Positions 52,550 through 62,656 of a stretch of DNA of 64,000 bases are shown here, one piece after another. Under the pieces are notes generated by a model. It was not told where the DNA came from. It saw only the letters and a program-made list of their open reading frames with translations, and ran no database searches. Made by a program: the position numbers and the translations under genes. This DNA is from an uncultured Planctomycetota bacterium (GTDB taxonomy: Bacteria; Planctomycetota; Planctomycetia; Isosphaerales; Isosphaeraceae), in the NCBI GenBank assembly GCA_963845755.1, contig CAWJTV010000024.1:32001-96000 (forward strand). Reading direction: 5' to 3'. Within the stretch, counting starts at the first letter, position 1, and each line of letters starts with the position of its first letter.

Positions 52550-53589
52550 GAGTCTTGGTCACAGGAGCGTCGGGATTCCTGGGCCGCCATGTCGTCGCCG
52601 CCCTGTTGCGTCGCGATCATGCGGTCCGTGTCTTGATCCGGCCCACGGCCCAGATTGACGATCTCGACTGGGCGGATCGCGTCGACGTCGTCCGAGCCGA
52701 CCTGCGCCGGCCCGGTCCGCTGGCACCGGCCTTCGAGGGAGTGGATGTCCTGGTCCACCTGGCGGCCCGTGTGGGAGGCAACGAGAGTGCCCAGATGGCC
52801 GATACCGTCGTGGGTACCGAGCGGCTCCTGGAAGCCATGGCCGGCGCGTTCGACCCGCAGGCTGGTGCTGGCCAGCAGCTTCTCGGTCTACGACTGGGTG
52901 CCGTCCGCGGGATCCTGACCGAGGAATCGCCGCTGGAATCCGACCTCTACCAGCGCGACGGCTACGCCATCGCCAAGACGTGGCAGGAGCGGATCGTCCG
53001 TCGTATGAGCCAGGAGCACCGCTGGGACCTGACGGTCATCCGGCCCGGGTTCATCTGGGGCCGGGACCATGAATACCTGGCAGGACTCGGGCAGAGGCTC
53101 GGGCGGTGGCACCTGGTCTTCGGCCCCTCGACCCGGCTGCCGCTGACGCACGTCGAGAACTGCGCCGACTGCTTCGCCGAGGCGGTGGAGAACCCTCGGG
53201 CCGTCGGCCAGACGTTCAACCTGGTCGACGGCCACGACATAAGCTCCTGGCACTATCTGGGCGAGTACCTCCGGCGCAACGGGGCACGCGGGCATCGGAT
53301 CCCGGTCCCCTACGTGGCCGCGCTGTCGGGTTCGCTGCTGGCCGACGGGATCAATCGGCGGCTCTGCCGCGGCCGGGCGAGACTCCCCGGCCTCTTGATC
53401 CCCTGCCGGTTCCGGGCCCGATTCAAGCCGCTCCAATTCAGCACCCACGCGCTCCAGGAGGTCCTGGGATGGCGTCCGCCCCTGGATCTCGCGGAATGCC
53501 TCCGGCGTACCTACGACGCCAAACCGGCAGGCTGGCACCCCGAACCCATCATGCCCCCGGAACCCTACCCTGAACTCCACAATGCCTGA
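52546..53589 (+). CDS. NAD-dependent epimerase/dehydratase with a compensating frameshift pair at about 52848 and 52898
   Basis: VTGASGFLG, VHLAA, YAIAK, RPGFIWG; the expected RRLVLASSFSVY is in the alternate frame. Confidence 0.85.
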   Translation: MRVLVTGASGFLGRHVVAALLRRDHAVRVLIRPTAQIDDLDWADRVDVVRADLRRPGPLAPAFEGVDVLVHLAARVGGNESAQMADTVVGTERLLEAMAGAFDPQAGAGQQLLGLRLGAVRGILTEESPLESDLYQRDGYAIAKTWQERIVRRMSQEHRWDLTVIRPGFIWGRDHEYLAGLGQRLGRWHLVFGPSTRLPLTHVENCADCFAEAVENPRAVGQTFNLVDGHDISSWHYLGEYLRRNGARGHRIPVPYVAALSGSLLADGINRRLCRGRARLPGLLIPCRFRARFKPLQFSTHALQEVLGWRPPLDLAECLRRTYDAKPAGWHPEPIMPPEPYPELHNA

Positions 53590-54859
53590 ACCGCTGACCA
53601 TCGGCTACCTGACCAGCTTCTATGCTCGCGTCGGTGACACCTACATCCGGCGCGAGGTCGAGCAGTTGCGCCGGATGGGGTACGTCGTCCACACGTTCTC
53701 TCAGCGCCGGTCCGACCCGAGCGAACTGGTCGGCGACGAGATCCGCCAGGAGCGCGCACGGACGGTGTACTTGCTGGAGGCCGGCCCGGCCAAGCTCACC
53801 CTGGCCGGGCTCAGGCTGGCGATGCGGGCGCCCGGGAAGTTCCTCAGGGCCATCCGGCAGGTGCTCCGCGCCGTCCCGTCGGGGATGGAGAAGCGGTGGA
53901 CCCGGAGGGTCGCCTACCTGCTCCAGTCCGCCTACCTGGCCGAACTCCTCGATGCGAAGGAGGTGCAGCACCTGCACAATCACATCGGTGAGAGCTCGGC
54001 CGTGCTAGCCATGCTCGCCGCGATGATCCGAGATATCCCCTACAGCCTGACGATCCACGGCCCGGGCGAGTTTGACCGGCCTGCCCTGTTTGCGCTGGGC
54101 GAGAAGATCCGGCACGCGGCCTTCGTCGTCGCGGTCAGCGAGTTCACCCGGAGCCAGCTCTACCGCTGGGCCGACTACCGCGACTGGCCCAAGATCCAGG
54201 TTGTCCGGGTGGGGACCAGCCCGACGTTCCTGGAGCACGGCCCCGTGGCGATCCCGATGGCCCCTCGCCTGGTGAACATCGGCCGGATCGTCGAGCAGAA
54301 AGGCCAGGCGATCTTGATCCAGGCGGCGGCCGCCTTGCGGGAGCGAGGCCACGACTTCGAGCTGGTGATCGTGGGCGATGGCCCGATGCGCGGCGAGATC
54401 GACCAGCTCATCGACCAGTTCGGCTTGCGGGGCCAGGTGCGGATCGCCGGCTATCTGAACGAACAAGGGGTCATGGAGGAGCTCCTGGCCGCCCGGGCCC
54501 TGGTCCTGCCCAGCTTCGCCGAGGGGCTGCCCGGCGTCTTCTTCGAGGCGATGGCGCTGGGCCGCCCGGTGATCAGCACCTGCATCGCGGGCACCTCGGA
54601 GCTGGTCGAGCCGGGCAAGAACGGCTGGTTGGTCCCGGCCGGAGCGGTCGAGCCGCTGGCCGACGCCATGGCCGAGGCCGTGACGGCCGATCCGATCGAA
54701 CTCGAACGGATGGGCCGCGCCGGCGCGGCGCGGGTCGCCGAACTGCACAATCCATCGACGGAGGTGCGTCAACTCGCCGGCTTGTTCGCGAACCCGGGCG
54801 CGACCGCGAACCGGGCGCACGGGCATGTCCCGCGATCCGACGCCGTGACCGCACGCTGA
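53582..54859 (+). CDS. Glycosyltransferase family 4 (WcaL-like)
   Basis: HLHNH, TIHG, IGRIVEQKG, PSFAEGLPGVFFEAMALG. Confidence 0.9.
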   Translation: MPEPLTIGYLTSFYARVGDTYIRREVEQLRRMGYVVHTFSQRRSDPSELVGDEIRQERARTVYLLEAGPAKLTLAGLRLAMRAPGKFLRAIRQVLRAVPSGMEKRWTRRVAYLLQSAYLAELLDAKEVQHLHNHIGESSAVLAMLAAMIRDIPYSLTIHGPGEFDRPALFALGEKIRHAAFVVAVSEFTRSQLYRWADYRDWPKIQVVRVGTSPTFLEHGPVAIPMAPRLVNIGRIVEQKGQAILIQAAAALRERGHDFELVIVGDGPMRGEIDQLIDQFGLRGQVRIAGYLNEQGVMEELLAARALVLPSFAEGLPGVFFEAMALGRPVISTCIAGTSELVEPGKNGWLVPAGAVEPLADAMAEAVTADPIELERMGRAGAARVAELHNPSTEVRQLAGLFANPGATANRAHGHVPRSDAVTAR

Positions 54860-54919
54860 GGCCCGCGAGATGATCGATCCCCTCCCGCCACCGAGACATC
54901 GATTCGAGTGACCCAGACC

Positions 54920-55561
54920 ATGGCTCAAGCCCAATCCATCGACTCGAGTCCCCTCGGTCCGCTCCGTGTGGACGGGAAGGACCGCAGGGAGCCCCCCCCT
55001 CTAAACCCGGGGACTCGAAACCTCAATCCACCCGGGATCGGATTCCTCGCCCTTCTGCTCGAAGATTGGCGCACCTACGACCACGATCTCTTCGAACCCG
55101 GTTTCTGGACGGTCGCGCTGCACCGATTCGGCAACTGGCGTATGAGCTTCCGTTTCAAGCTGGTGCGAGCCCCACTCACCCTGATCTACGTGTTCCTGGG
55201 ACGGCTGGCCGAACTTATCGGCGGCATCCACTTGCCGTACACCGTACAACTGGGCCGCCGCGTGCGAATCTGGCACCATGGCGGGATCGTGCTCCATGCC
55301 CGGTCGATTGGCGACGACGTGCATATCCGCCACAACACCACCTTCGGCATTGCGACCCGCGACCGCGGCCGCGCCATTCCGACGATCGAGGACCGAGTGG
55401 ACATCGGCTGCGGTGCCTGCGTGCTGGGCGACGTGACGATCGGTCATGATAGCCTGATCGGAGCCAACGCCGTGGTAGTGACGGACATTCCGCCGTACTC
55501 GACGGCCGTCGGCATACCGGCCCGCGTCATCAAGCAATCCCCGCCGGATCCCCACTCATGA
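54920..55561 (+). CDS. Serine O-acetyltransferase-like (WcaB/CysE) hexapeptide acetyltransferase
   Basis: WHHGGIV, PTIEDRVDIGCGACVLG, IGANAVV, GIPAR. Confidence 0.85.
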   Translation: MAQAQSIDSSPLGPLRVDGKDRREPPPLNPGTRNLNPPGIGFLALLLEDWRTYDHDLFEPGFWTVALHRFGNWRMSFRFKLVRAPLTLIYVFLGRLAELIGGIHLPYTVQLGRRVRIWHHGGIVLHARSIGDDVHIRHNTTFGIATRDRGRAIPTIEDRVDIGCGACVLGDVTIGHDSLIGANAVVVTDIPPYSTAVGIPARVIKQSPPDPHS

Positions 55562-56592
55562 ACCCACTCGGAATCGTCGCGATCGGCCGGAATGAGGGCG
55601 ATCGGCTGCGCCGTTGCCTGGACTCCGTGGTCGGACGCGGGCTGCCGGTGGTCTATGTCGATTCGGGCTCGACCGACGGCAGCGTCGACCTGGCGCGCGC
55701 CAAGGGGGCCGAGGTCGTGGAACTGGACCTGTCGCGGCCATTCACCATGGCCCGGGGCCGCAACACGGGCTTCGCTCGCCTGGAAGAAATCGAGCCGGAC
55801 GTCCGCTTCGTCCAGTTCGTCGACGGCGACTGCGAGGTCGTCGACGGCTGGCTGGAGCGGGGACTGGCGGCGATCGAGGGCCACCCCGAGATCGGCGCGG
55901 TCAGCGGCCGGCGCCGCGAGCGATTCCCCGAGCGATCGATCTACAACCGAATCGCCGATATCGAGTGGGACGCGCCGGCCGGCGAGGTCAAGTATTGTGG
56001 TGGTGATGTCCTGATCCGCACCGAAGCCTTCCGGCAGATCGGCGGGTATGATCCCACGCTGATCGCCGGCGAGGATCCGGAGCTGAGCGTGCGGCTCAGG
56101 CAGCACGGCTGGACGATCCTTCGCATCGACGCCGAGATGACCCTGCACGACATGGCGATGACCCGGTTCAGCCAGTGGTGGAAACGGGGCGTGCGCTCGG
56201 GTTTCGCTTTCGCCGAGGGGGCCGCGATGCATGGCAGGCCCCCTGAACGGCACTGGGTCCACCACGTCCGCAGCATCGTCTTCTGGGGCATCGCGCTGCC
56301 GATAACGATCATCGTCCTGGTCATGGCCTGGCTGGCCTTCGGCTGGCCGACGCGCGATGCCGGACTACTGCTGGTCCTGGCCTACCCGCTCCAGGTGCTC
56401 CGAATCGCGCGTTACTATCACAAAGTTGGGCTGCCGTGGCGCCTCGCCTGGCTGTACGGCGGGTCCTGCGTGCTGGGCCGCTTCCCCAACGCCCTCGGCG
56501 CGATGCGATACTGGTCCAGCCGGCTCCTGGGCCGGCGCCAGGGCCTCATCGAGTACAAGATCGATATCCACAGAGACCCGCAGATCACATGA
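55558..56592 (+). CDS. Glycosyltransferase family 2
   Basis: IGRNEG, YVDSGSTDGS, ARGRN, FVDGD, IAGEDPEL; C-terminal TM segments. Confidence 0.9.
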   Translation: MNPLGIVAIGRNEGDRLRRCLDSVVGRGLPVVYVDSGSTDGSVDLARAKGAEVVELDLSRPFTMARGRNTGFARLEEIEPDVRFVQFVDGDCEVVDGWLERGLAAIEGHPEIGAVSGRRRERFPERSIYNRIADIEWDAPAGEVKYCGGDVLIRTEAFRQIGGYDPTLIAGEDPELSVRLRQHGWTILRIDAEMTLHDMAMTRFSQWWKRGVRSGFAFAEGAAMHGRPPERHWVHHVRSIVFWGIALPITIIVLVMAWLAFGWPTRDAGLLLVLAYPLQVLRIARYYHKVGLPWRLAWLYGGSCVLGRFPNALGAMRYWSSRLLGRRQGLIEYKIDIHRDPQIT

Positions 56593-57539
56593 ATAAACTC
56601 TCGAATGCGGCTTGCCGACTCGCGGTCGAGCCCCCGTTCCGGCTCCTCACGAAAGCCCTGCTGAAATTGCTCCCGGTCTCGGTCCGCACGCGCGCGCTGT
56701 GGGATCTCTCGCCGCGGCCCCATTATCTCGCGGGGACGCTCTTCGCGGCCGGTCAGGCGAAAGATAAGGGCATCGGCGAGATCTCCGTGGCCGAATTCGG
56801 CGTGGCCAGCGGCCAGGGACTCCTGGCGCTTCAGCATGAGGCCGCCCTGGTCGAGCGCGAGACGGGCGTCGCCATTCGGGTCTTCGGGTTCGACGCCGGA
56901 CCGACGGGACTCCCCGACTTTTGCGGCGACCACCGCGACCTGCCCGACCTCTGGCGTCCCGGCGACTACCCGATGGACGTCCCGCGGCTGGAGGCGCGGC
57001 TGGATCCCCGGACGACCCTCGTGCTCGGCGACGTCCGCGAGACCGTCCCCTCGTTCTACGCCAAGCATGACCCTCCGCCCTTCGGCTTCGTCGCCATCGA
57101 CCTCGACCTCTATAGTTCGACGACCTCGGCACTCGAGCTCCTGTTCCACAACGATCGTCGCATGTTGATGCATACCGCGATGTACTTCGATGACATCGAA
57201 CTGTCGGGCTGTCATCGGTTCGCCGGCGAGCTGCTCGCCATCGACGAGTTCAACGCGGGGTGCCAGGACGTCAAGATCGACATCTGGCGGGGCCTGCTGC
57301 TCGGACGGCCGATGCACGAGGCATGGTGGCTGCGACGCATGTTCATGGCCCATGATCTGGCCGCGATCAGTCGGGTGACGCTGGATCGCGCCAAGAACCA
57401 TCTGATCGACCTCGGGAATTCCCTGCTGGGAGGTATCATTGAGCCGGTATTTCATCGCGGGTGGGGCCGGGTTCATCGGCAGCCACATGGCCCGAACGCT
57501 GCTCCAGAGGCCGGAAGCCCAAGTCGTCGTCTACGATAA
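56589..57539 (+). CDS. TylF/MycF-like SAM-dependent (sugar O-)methyltransferase-fold protein; 3' end uncertain
   Basis: EFGVASG, FGFD..GLP, GDVRETV, IDLDLYSST, YFDD; 100-bp overlap with the next gene suggests an indel near 57400. Confidence 0.6.
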   Translation: MNKLSNAACRLAVEPPFRLLTKALLKLLPVSVRTRALWDLSPRPHYLAGTLFAAGQAKDKGIGEISVAEFGVASGQGLLALQHEAALVERETGVAIRVFGFDAGPTGLPDFCGDHRDLPDLWRPGDYPMDVPRLEARLDPRTTLVLGDVRETVPSFYAKHDPPPFGFVAIDLDLYSSTTSALELLFHNDRRMLMHTAMYFDDIELSGCHRFAGELLAIDEFNAGCQDVKIDIWRGLLLGRPMHEAWWLRRMFMAHDLAAISRVTLDRAKNHLIDLGNSLLGGIIEPVFHRGWGRVHRQPHGPNAAPEAGSPSRRLR

Positions 57540-58405
57540 TTTCAGCTCCGGCCGGGCGTGGCACCTGCCGGATGATCCCCGACTGACGGTGGTGCGGAGC
57601 GACCTGAAAGACCTGCCCGCCCTGACCAAGGCCATCGCCGGGTCGGACGCGGTCTTCCATTTCGCCTCGAACCCCGACATCGCCAAGGCCGCCACCCAGC
57701 CGGACATCGACTTCTGGGAAGGGACCTATCTGACGCAGAACCTGCTGGAGGCGATGCGGGTCGCGGGCGTCCCCCGGCTGATCTATGCCTCCGGCAGCGG
57801 GGTGTACGGCGACACCGGGGAAACGGCAGTCGCCGAGACCTACAGCCCCCTGCTGCCCATCTCGACCTACGGCGCCAGCAAGCTGGCCTGCGAGGTCCTG
57901 ATCTGCTCCTACACGCACATGTTCGACGTGCAGGGGGTCGGCTTCCGGTTCGCCAACGTGGTCGGCCCGCGCCAGACCCACGGGGTCGCTTACGATTTCA
58001 TCCGCCGGCTCCTCCGGGAACCCGCGCATCTGGAGATCCTCGGCGACGGGCAGCAGAGCAAGTCGTACATCCACGTCGCAGACGTGGTCGACGCCCTCCT
58101 GCTCTTGCACGACCGGGGCTGGAACGGCTTCGACGTCTTCAACGTGGCCACCGAGGATTACGTGACCGTCCGCCAGATCGCCGATCTGGTCGCGGGGCGA
58201 CTGGGACTATCCGGCGTGTCTTATACATTCACCGGCGGGCGACGAGGCTGGAAGGGGGACGTGCCGGTCGTCCGGTTCGACACCACCAAGCTGCGCGGCC
58301 TCGGCTGGACCAACCGGCGGACCTCGGTCGAGGCCCTGGTTCAACTCGATCGACTCCATGATCGCCGACGCCCGGGCCGGGATGTTCGACGCGAAGCCGG
58401 CCTGA
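57439..58405 (+). CDS. NAD-dependent epimerase/dehydratase, frameshift at about 58340
   Basis: GGAGFIGSH, YASGSGVYG, YGASK, RFANVVG, KSYIHV, GWKGDVP; natural end NSIDSMIAD...PA* is in the shifted frame. Confidence 0.85.
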
Positions 58406-58463
58406 ACCGAACCCCCGCAACCGCCCGTCGCGGGCCGAAATCCCATTGGGAGTTGACCACTCG

Positions 58464-59783
58464 ATGAATGTTGGAATCCTCGGAGGGGGCATCACCGGGA
58501 TCACCCTCCAGCGCTACCTGCAACATCCCAGCGAGGTGCTCGAGGCCGACCAACGCCCCGGCGGCCTCTGCCAGACCATCTTCAAGGACGGCTTCGGCTA
58601 CGACATCGGCGGCCACATCCTCTTCTCCAAGAGTGAGCAGATCAACCACCTCGTCGAGGAGCTCCTCGGCGAGAATTGCGGGTACGCCAAACGGGCCAAC
58701 CAGATCTACTTCAAGAACCGCTTCGTCAAGTATCCGTTCGAAAATGGGCTGGGCGTCCTCGATCGCGAGGACATCTACAATTGCCTCATCGGCTACCTCA
58801 AGCGGGACGAATACCCCGATCCGACCAATCTGCGGGAATGGTGCTACCGACGCTTCGGCAAGGGGCTGGCCGAGCTGTACCTCATCCCCTACAACGAAAA
58901 AATCTGGAACCTCACCACGGAGAGGATGAGCCTGGAGTGGGTCGACCGCATCCCCAGCCCGCCGCTGGAGGACATCGTCAAGTCGGCCCTCGGATACGAG
59001 ACCGAGGGATACCTGCACCAGCTCTACTTCAAGTATCCCAAGAAGGGGGGCGTCGAGGCGCTGGTGGACGCGACGCGCAAGCCGGACGGGGCCGTCTCGT
59101 GCGGCTACCGCGTCGAGAGCATCCGCCGCCAGGGGAAGGGCTGGGCGGTCGCCGGCACCGGCGGCAGCCGCCATTTCGACCGGATCGTCGTCGCTTTCCC
59201 GATCCATGACGCGATCCGCTGCTTCGAAAGGGTCCCCGACGAGGTCAAGGCGGCTGTCGCCGGATTCCGGTACAACACGATCAATATCGTGTTCATCGCC
59301 GTCAACGACGAGTCGCTCATGCAGCACAGCGCCCTCTACATCCCCGACCCCAACGTCGTCACCCACCGGTTGTGCTTCATGGGCTTCTTCAGCAAGGAGC
59401 TGGTCAGACCCGGCACCTCCTCGCTGATCGCCGAGATCACCACCAACCCCGGCGACGGGGTCCATGAGATGTCCGACGCCGCGCTCACCCAGCGAGTCGT
59501 CGAGGACCTCCACCGCGAGGGCCTCCTGGACAAGCAGAAAGTCATCGTCACCGACGTGACCCGCCGCAAGTACGGCTACCCCGTCTACGACCTGAACTAC
59601 TACAAGAATATCAAGATCGTCAACGACTACTTCGACTCGATCGGCGTCCCCCTCTGCGGACGGTTCGCCCAGTTCGAGTACATCAACTCCGACGAGTGCA
59701 TGCGACGGGCCATCGCCCTGGCCGACCGGCTCAACGCCTCGGATGACCGAGAAACCCCGGACGACCGGAGACCTCCGACGTGA
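58464..59783 (+). CDS. FAD-dependent UDP-galactopyranose-mutase-like / protoporphyrinogen-oxidase-like flavoprotein
   Basis: GGGITG, GGLC, DIGGHILFS, YPKKGG, YGYP, GRFAQFEY. Confidence 0.75.
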   Translation: MNVGILGGGITGITLQRYLQHPSEVLEADQRPGGLCQTIFKDGFGYDIGGHILFSKSEQINHLVEELLGENCGYAKRANQIYFKNRFVKYPFENGLGVLDREDIYNCLIGYLKRDEYPDPTNLREWCYRRFGKGLAELYLIPYNEKIWNLTTERMSLEWVDRIPSPPLEDIVKSALGYETEGYLHQLYFKYPKKGGVEALVDATRKPDGAVSCGYRVESIRRQGKGWAVAGTGGSRHFDRIVVAFPIHDAIRCFERVPDEVKAAVAGFRYNTINIVFIAVNDESLMQHSALYIPDPNVVTHRLCFMGFFSKELVRPGTSSLIAEITTNPGDGVHEMSDAALTQRVVEDLHREGLLDKQKVIVTDVTRRKYGYPVYDLNYYKNIKIVNDYFDSIGVPLCGRFAQFEYINSDECMRRAIALADRLNASDDRETPDDRRPPT

Positions 59784-60760
59784 TCATGACCCGTAGCCCC
59801 CTCCGGATCTCGCTCGGCGGCGGCGGGACCGACCTGCCGTCCTACTATCAAGAGCACAGCGGCTTCCTCATCGCCGCGGCAATTGATAAATATATATATA
59901 TTCTAATTCACAATCGGTTCGTACCGCGAATCCTCCTGAAGTATTCGCACATGGAGGAGGTGGAGCGGATCGAGGACATCAAGCACCCCTTGATACGCGA
60001 GGCGCTGCGGTTGGTGGGCTGGGACAATCTCTGGCTGGAGATCACCAGCATGGCGGACATCCCGGCGGGCACCGGCCTGGGATCCTCCGGCAGCTTCACG
60101 ACGGCCCTGCTCAAGGCGCTGCACGTGCAGAAGAAGAACCTGATCCATCCGGGCGAGCTGGCGGAGCAGGCCTGCCATATCGAGATCGACCTCCTGAAGG
60201 AGCCGGTGGGCAAGCAGGACCAGTACATCGCGGCCTACGGCGGGATCACCTGCTTCCGGTTCATGCCCAATGGGCAGGTGGAGGCATGGCCGTTGAAGAT
60301 CAGCCAGCGGACGCTCTACGACATGGAGGATCACCTCCTGCTGTTCTTCACCGGCTATACGCGGTCGGCCGGGGAGATCCTCAAGGAGCAGGACGTCAAG
60401 AGCAAGGGGAACGACGCGAGCATGGTCGCCAATTTGCACTTCGTCAAGCAGATCGGCAGGGACATCAAGGAGGCGTTGGAGCGGGACGACTTGCAACGGT
60501 TCGGCGAGCTGATGAATACGCACTGGGAGTACAAGAAGGCGCGGTCGTCGTCGATGAGCAATGACCGGATCAACCATTGGTACGAGCTGGCGATGAAGAA
60601 CGGGGCGCTGGGAGGTAAGCTGATCGGGGCCGGCGGGGGCGGCTTTCTGATGTTCCTGTGCGAGGAGCGGGCGCGGGTGCGTCAATTGATGGCCGAGGAG
60701 GGACTCGAGGAAGTCCGGTTCCGGTTCGATTTCGAAGGGACCAAGGCGGTGATCGCATGA
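59780..60760 (+). CDS. GHMP kinase, HddA-like (copy 2)
   Basis: SPLRISLGGGGTD, PAGTGLGSSG, VGKQDQY, GGKLIGAGGGGF. Confidence 0.88.
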   Translation: MIMTRSPLRISLGGGGTDLPSYYQEHSGFLIAAAIDKYIYILIHNRFVPRILLKYSHMEEVERIEDIKHPLIREALRLVGWDNLWLEITSMADIPAGTGLGSSGSFTTALLKALHVQKKNLIHPGELAEQACHIEIDLLKEPVGKQDQYIAAYGGITCFRFMPNGQVEAWPLKISQRTLYDMEDHLLLFFTGYTRSAGEILKEQDVKSKGNDASMVANLHFVKQIGRDIKEALERDDLQRFGELMNTHWEYKKARSSSMSNDRINHWYELAMKNGALGGKLIGAGGGGFLMFLCEERARVRQLMAEEGLEEVRFRFDFEGTKAVIA

Positions 60761-61467
60761 GTCGGTTCCCGGTCGCGATCCTGGCCGGCGGTCTGGCGAC
60801 CCGGCTGGGACCGCTGACGCGCGAAACGCCCAAGTGCTTGCTGGACGTGTCGGGTCAGCCCTTCGTCCACCACCAGCTCCGGCAGCTCCACGGTCAAGGG
60901 GTCCGGAAGGTCGTCCTCTGCCTGGGCCATTTCGGCGAGAAGGTCGTGGAGGCCGTCGGTGACGGCTCGGCCTTCGGCCTGGAGGTCGCCTACTCATTCG
61001 ACGGACCGGAATTGCGCGGGACCGCCGGGGCGATCCGGCGGGCCCTCCCCCTGCTCGCGCCGGCCTTCTTCGTGCTCTATGGCGACTCCTACCTCAACTG
61101 CGACTACGCGGCCGTGCAGGACGCGTACGAGGCCGCCGGCATGCTGGCCCTGATGACGGTCTTCCGCAACGAGGGACAGTGGGACACCAGCAACGTCGAG
61201 TTCAACGGGGGACGGATCGTGGCCTACGACAAGGTCACACGCAGCCCGGCCATGCGGTTTATCGATTACGGGCTCGGGGTCTTGTGCCCTCGGGCTTTTG
61301 ACACCGTTCCCGATCGCGGTACGTGCGACCTGGCCACGGTCTACCGGGAGATGCTCCGGCGCGGAGAGCTGGCGGGATTCGAGGTGACCGAGCGGTTCTA
61401 CGAGATCGGCTCGGAGGCGGGACTCGCGGAGACGAGACACCTCCTGACCGGCTGCAACACAGTCTAA
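60757..61467 (+). CDS. Nucleotidyltransferase (HddC-like, copy 2)
   Basis: LAGGLATRL..PK, GTAGA, YGDSY, IDYG, FYEIGS. Confidence 0.88.
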   Translation: MSRFPVAILAGGLATRLGPLTRETPKCLLDVSGQPFVHHQLRQLHGQGVRKVVLCLGHFGEKVVEAVGDGSAFGLEVAYSFDGPELRGTAGAIRRALPLLAPAFFVLYGDSYLNCDYAAVQDAYEAAGMLALMTVFRNEGQWDTSNVEFNGGRIVAYDKVTRSPAMRFIDYGLGVLCPRAFDTVPDRGTCDLATVYREMLRRGELAGFEVTERFYEIGSEAGLAETRHLLTGCNTV

Positions 61468-61494
61468 CCGAGGCGCGCGGCGCCGGGGGAGATC

Positions 61495-62091
61495 ATGTCA
61501 CACTCAACCCAGTTCTTATCCGAGGCCAAGCAGGTCATCGACGGCCTGGACGTCGAGGCCATCGAGCGGATGGCGACGCACCTGGAGGAGGTCCGCCGGC
61601 GCGGCGGCCGGCTCTTCATCCTGGGCGTCGGCGGCAGCGCGGCCAACGCCTCGCACGCCGTCAACGACTTCCGCAAGATCGCGGGCATCGAAGCCTATGC
61701 CCCGACCGACAACGTCTCGGAACTGACGGCGCGGACCAACGACGAGGGATGGCCCACGATCTTCGTGGAATGGCTGCGGGTCAGCCGGCTGAAGTCCGAG
61801 GACTTGATCCTGGTGCTCTCGGTGGGAGGCGGCAACCTGGAGAAGAACGTCAGCCCGAACCTGGTCACGGCGCTGAAGTTCGCCCAGGAGGTCGGCACTC
61901 CGGTGATCGGCATCGTCGGCAAGGATGGAGGCTATACTGCGAAGGTCGCGGCCGCCTGTGCGATCGTGCCGACCGTCAACCCCGATCACATCACGCCCCA
62001 CTCGGAGGCGTTTCAGGCGGTGGTCTGGCACTTGCTGGTCTCGCACCCCAAGCTGAAGGCGCGGCAGACGAAATGGGAGTCCGTCAAGTGA
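61495..62091 (+). CDS. gmhA: SIS-domain phosphoheptose isomerase (GmhA-like)
   Basis: GVGGSAANASHAVND, TARTND, SVGG, SPNL, HSE. Confidence 0.8.
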   Translation: MSHSTQFLSEAKQVIDGLDVEAIERMATHLEEVRRRGGRLFILGVGGSAANASHAVNDFRKIAGIEAYAPTDNVSELTARTNDEGWPTIFVEWLRVSRLKSEDLILVLSVGGGNLEKNVSPNLVTALKFAQEVGTPVIGIVGKDGGYTAKVAAACAIVPTVNPDHITPHSEAFQAVVWHLLVSHPKLKARQTKWESVK

Positions 62092-62653
62092 AGCCGGCGG
62101 TGCCCCAGGAGCGACCGAACCGCGCCGTGTTCCTCGATCGCGACGGCGTGCTGAACCGGGCCATCGTCCGGGACGGTCGGCCTTACCCTCCCCAGACCCT
62201 CGAGGCGTTCGAGATCCTCCCGGGCGTGGCCGAGGCGGCCCGACGGCTGTATGCTGCCGGGTTCCTCCTGATCGGCGCGACGAACCAGCCGGACGTTGCC
62301 CGCGGCACCCAGCGTCGCGAAGTCGTGGAAGCGATGAACGCCCGGCTCCGGTCCGAGATGCCGCTTGACGAAATCCTGGTCTGTTACGAGGATGGCGATG
62401 ACTGCCCCCGGCGCAAGCCCAACCCCGGCTTGTTGCTGGAGGCGGCCGAAACACATCGAATCGACCTGCCGGCCAGCTTCATGGTCGGCGACCGCTGGCG
62501 AGACGTGGAAGCCGGCCGGCGCGCCGGCTGCCGCACCGTGTTCCTCGATCGGGGTTATTCGGATGCCGGCCCGATCCCCCCGCCGATCACACGGCCCCCG
62601 ACCTGGCGGCCGCCGCCGACTGGATCCTTTCTCAAACCCAGAACGGAGGATGA
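62088..62653 (+). CDS. gmhB: D-glycero-D-manno-heptose-1,7-bisphosphate phosphatase (GmhB-like), frameshift at about 62572
   Basis: FLDRDGVLN, TNQPD, RKPNPG, MVGDRWRD; natural end ADHTAPDLAAAADWIL is in the shifted frame. Confidence 0.85.
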
Positions 62654-62656
62654 CCC

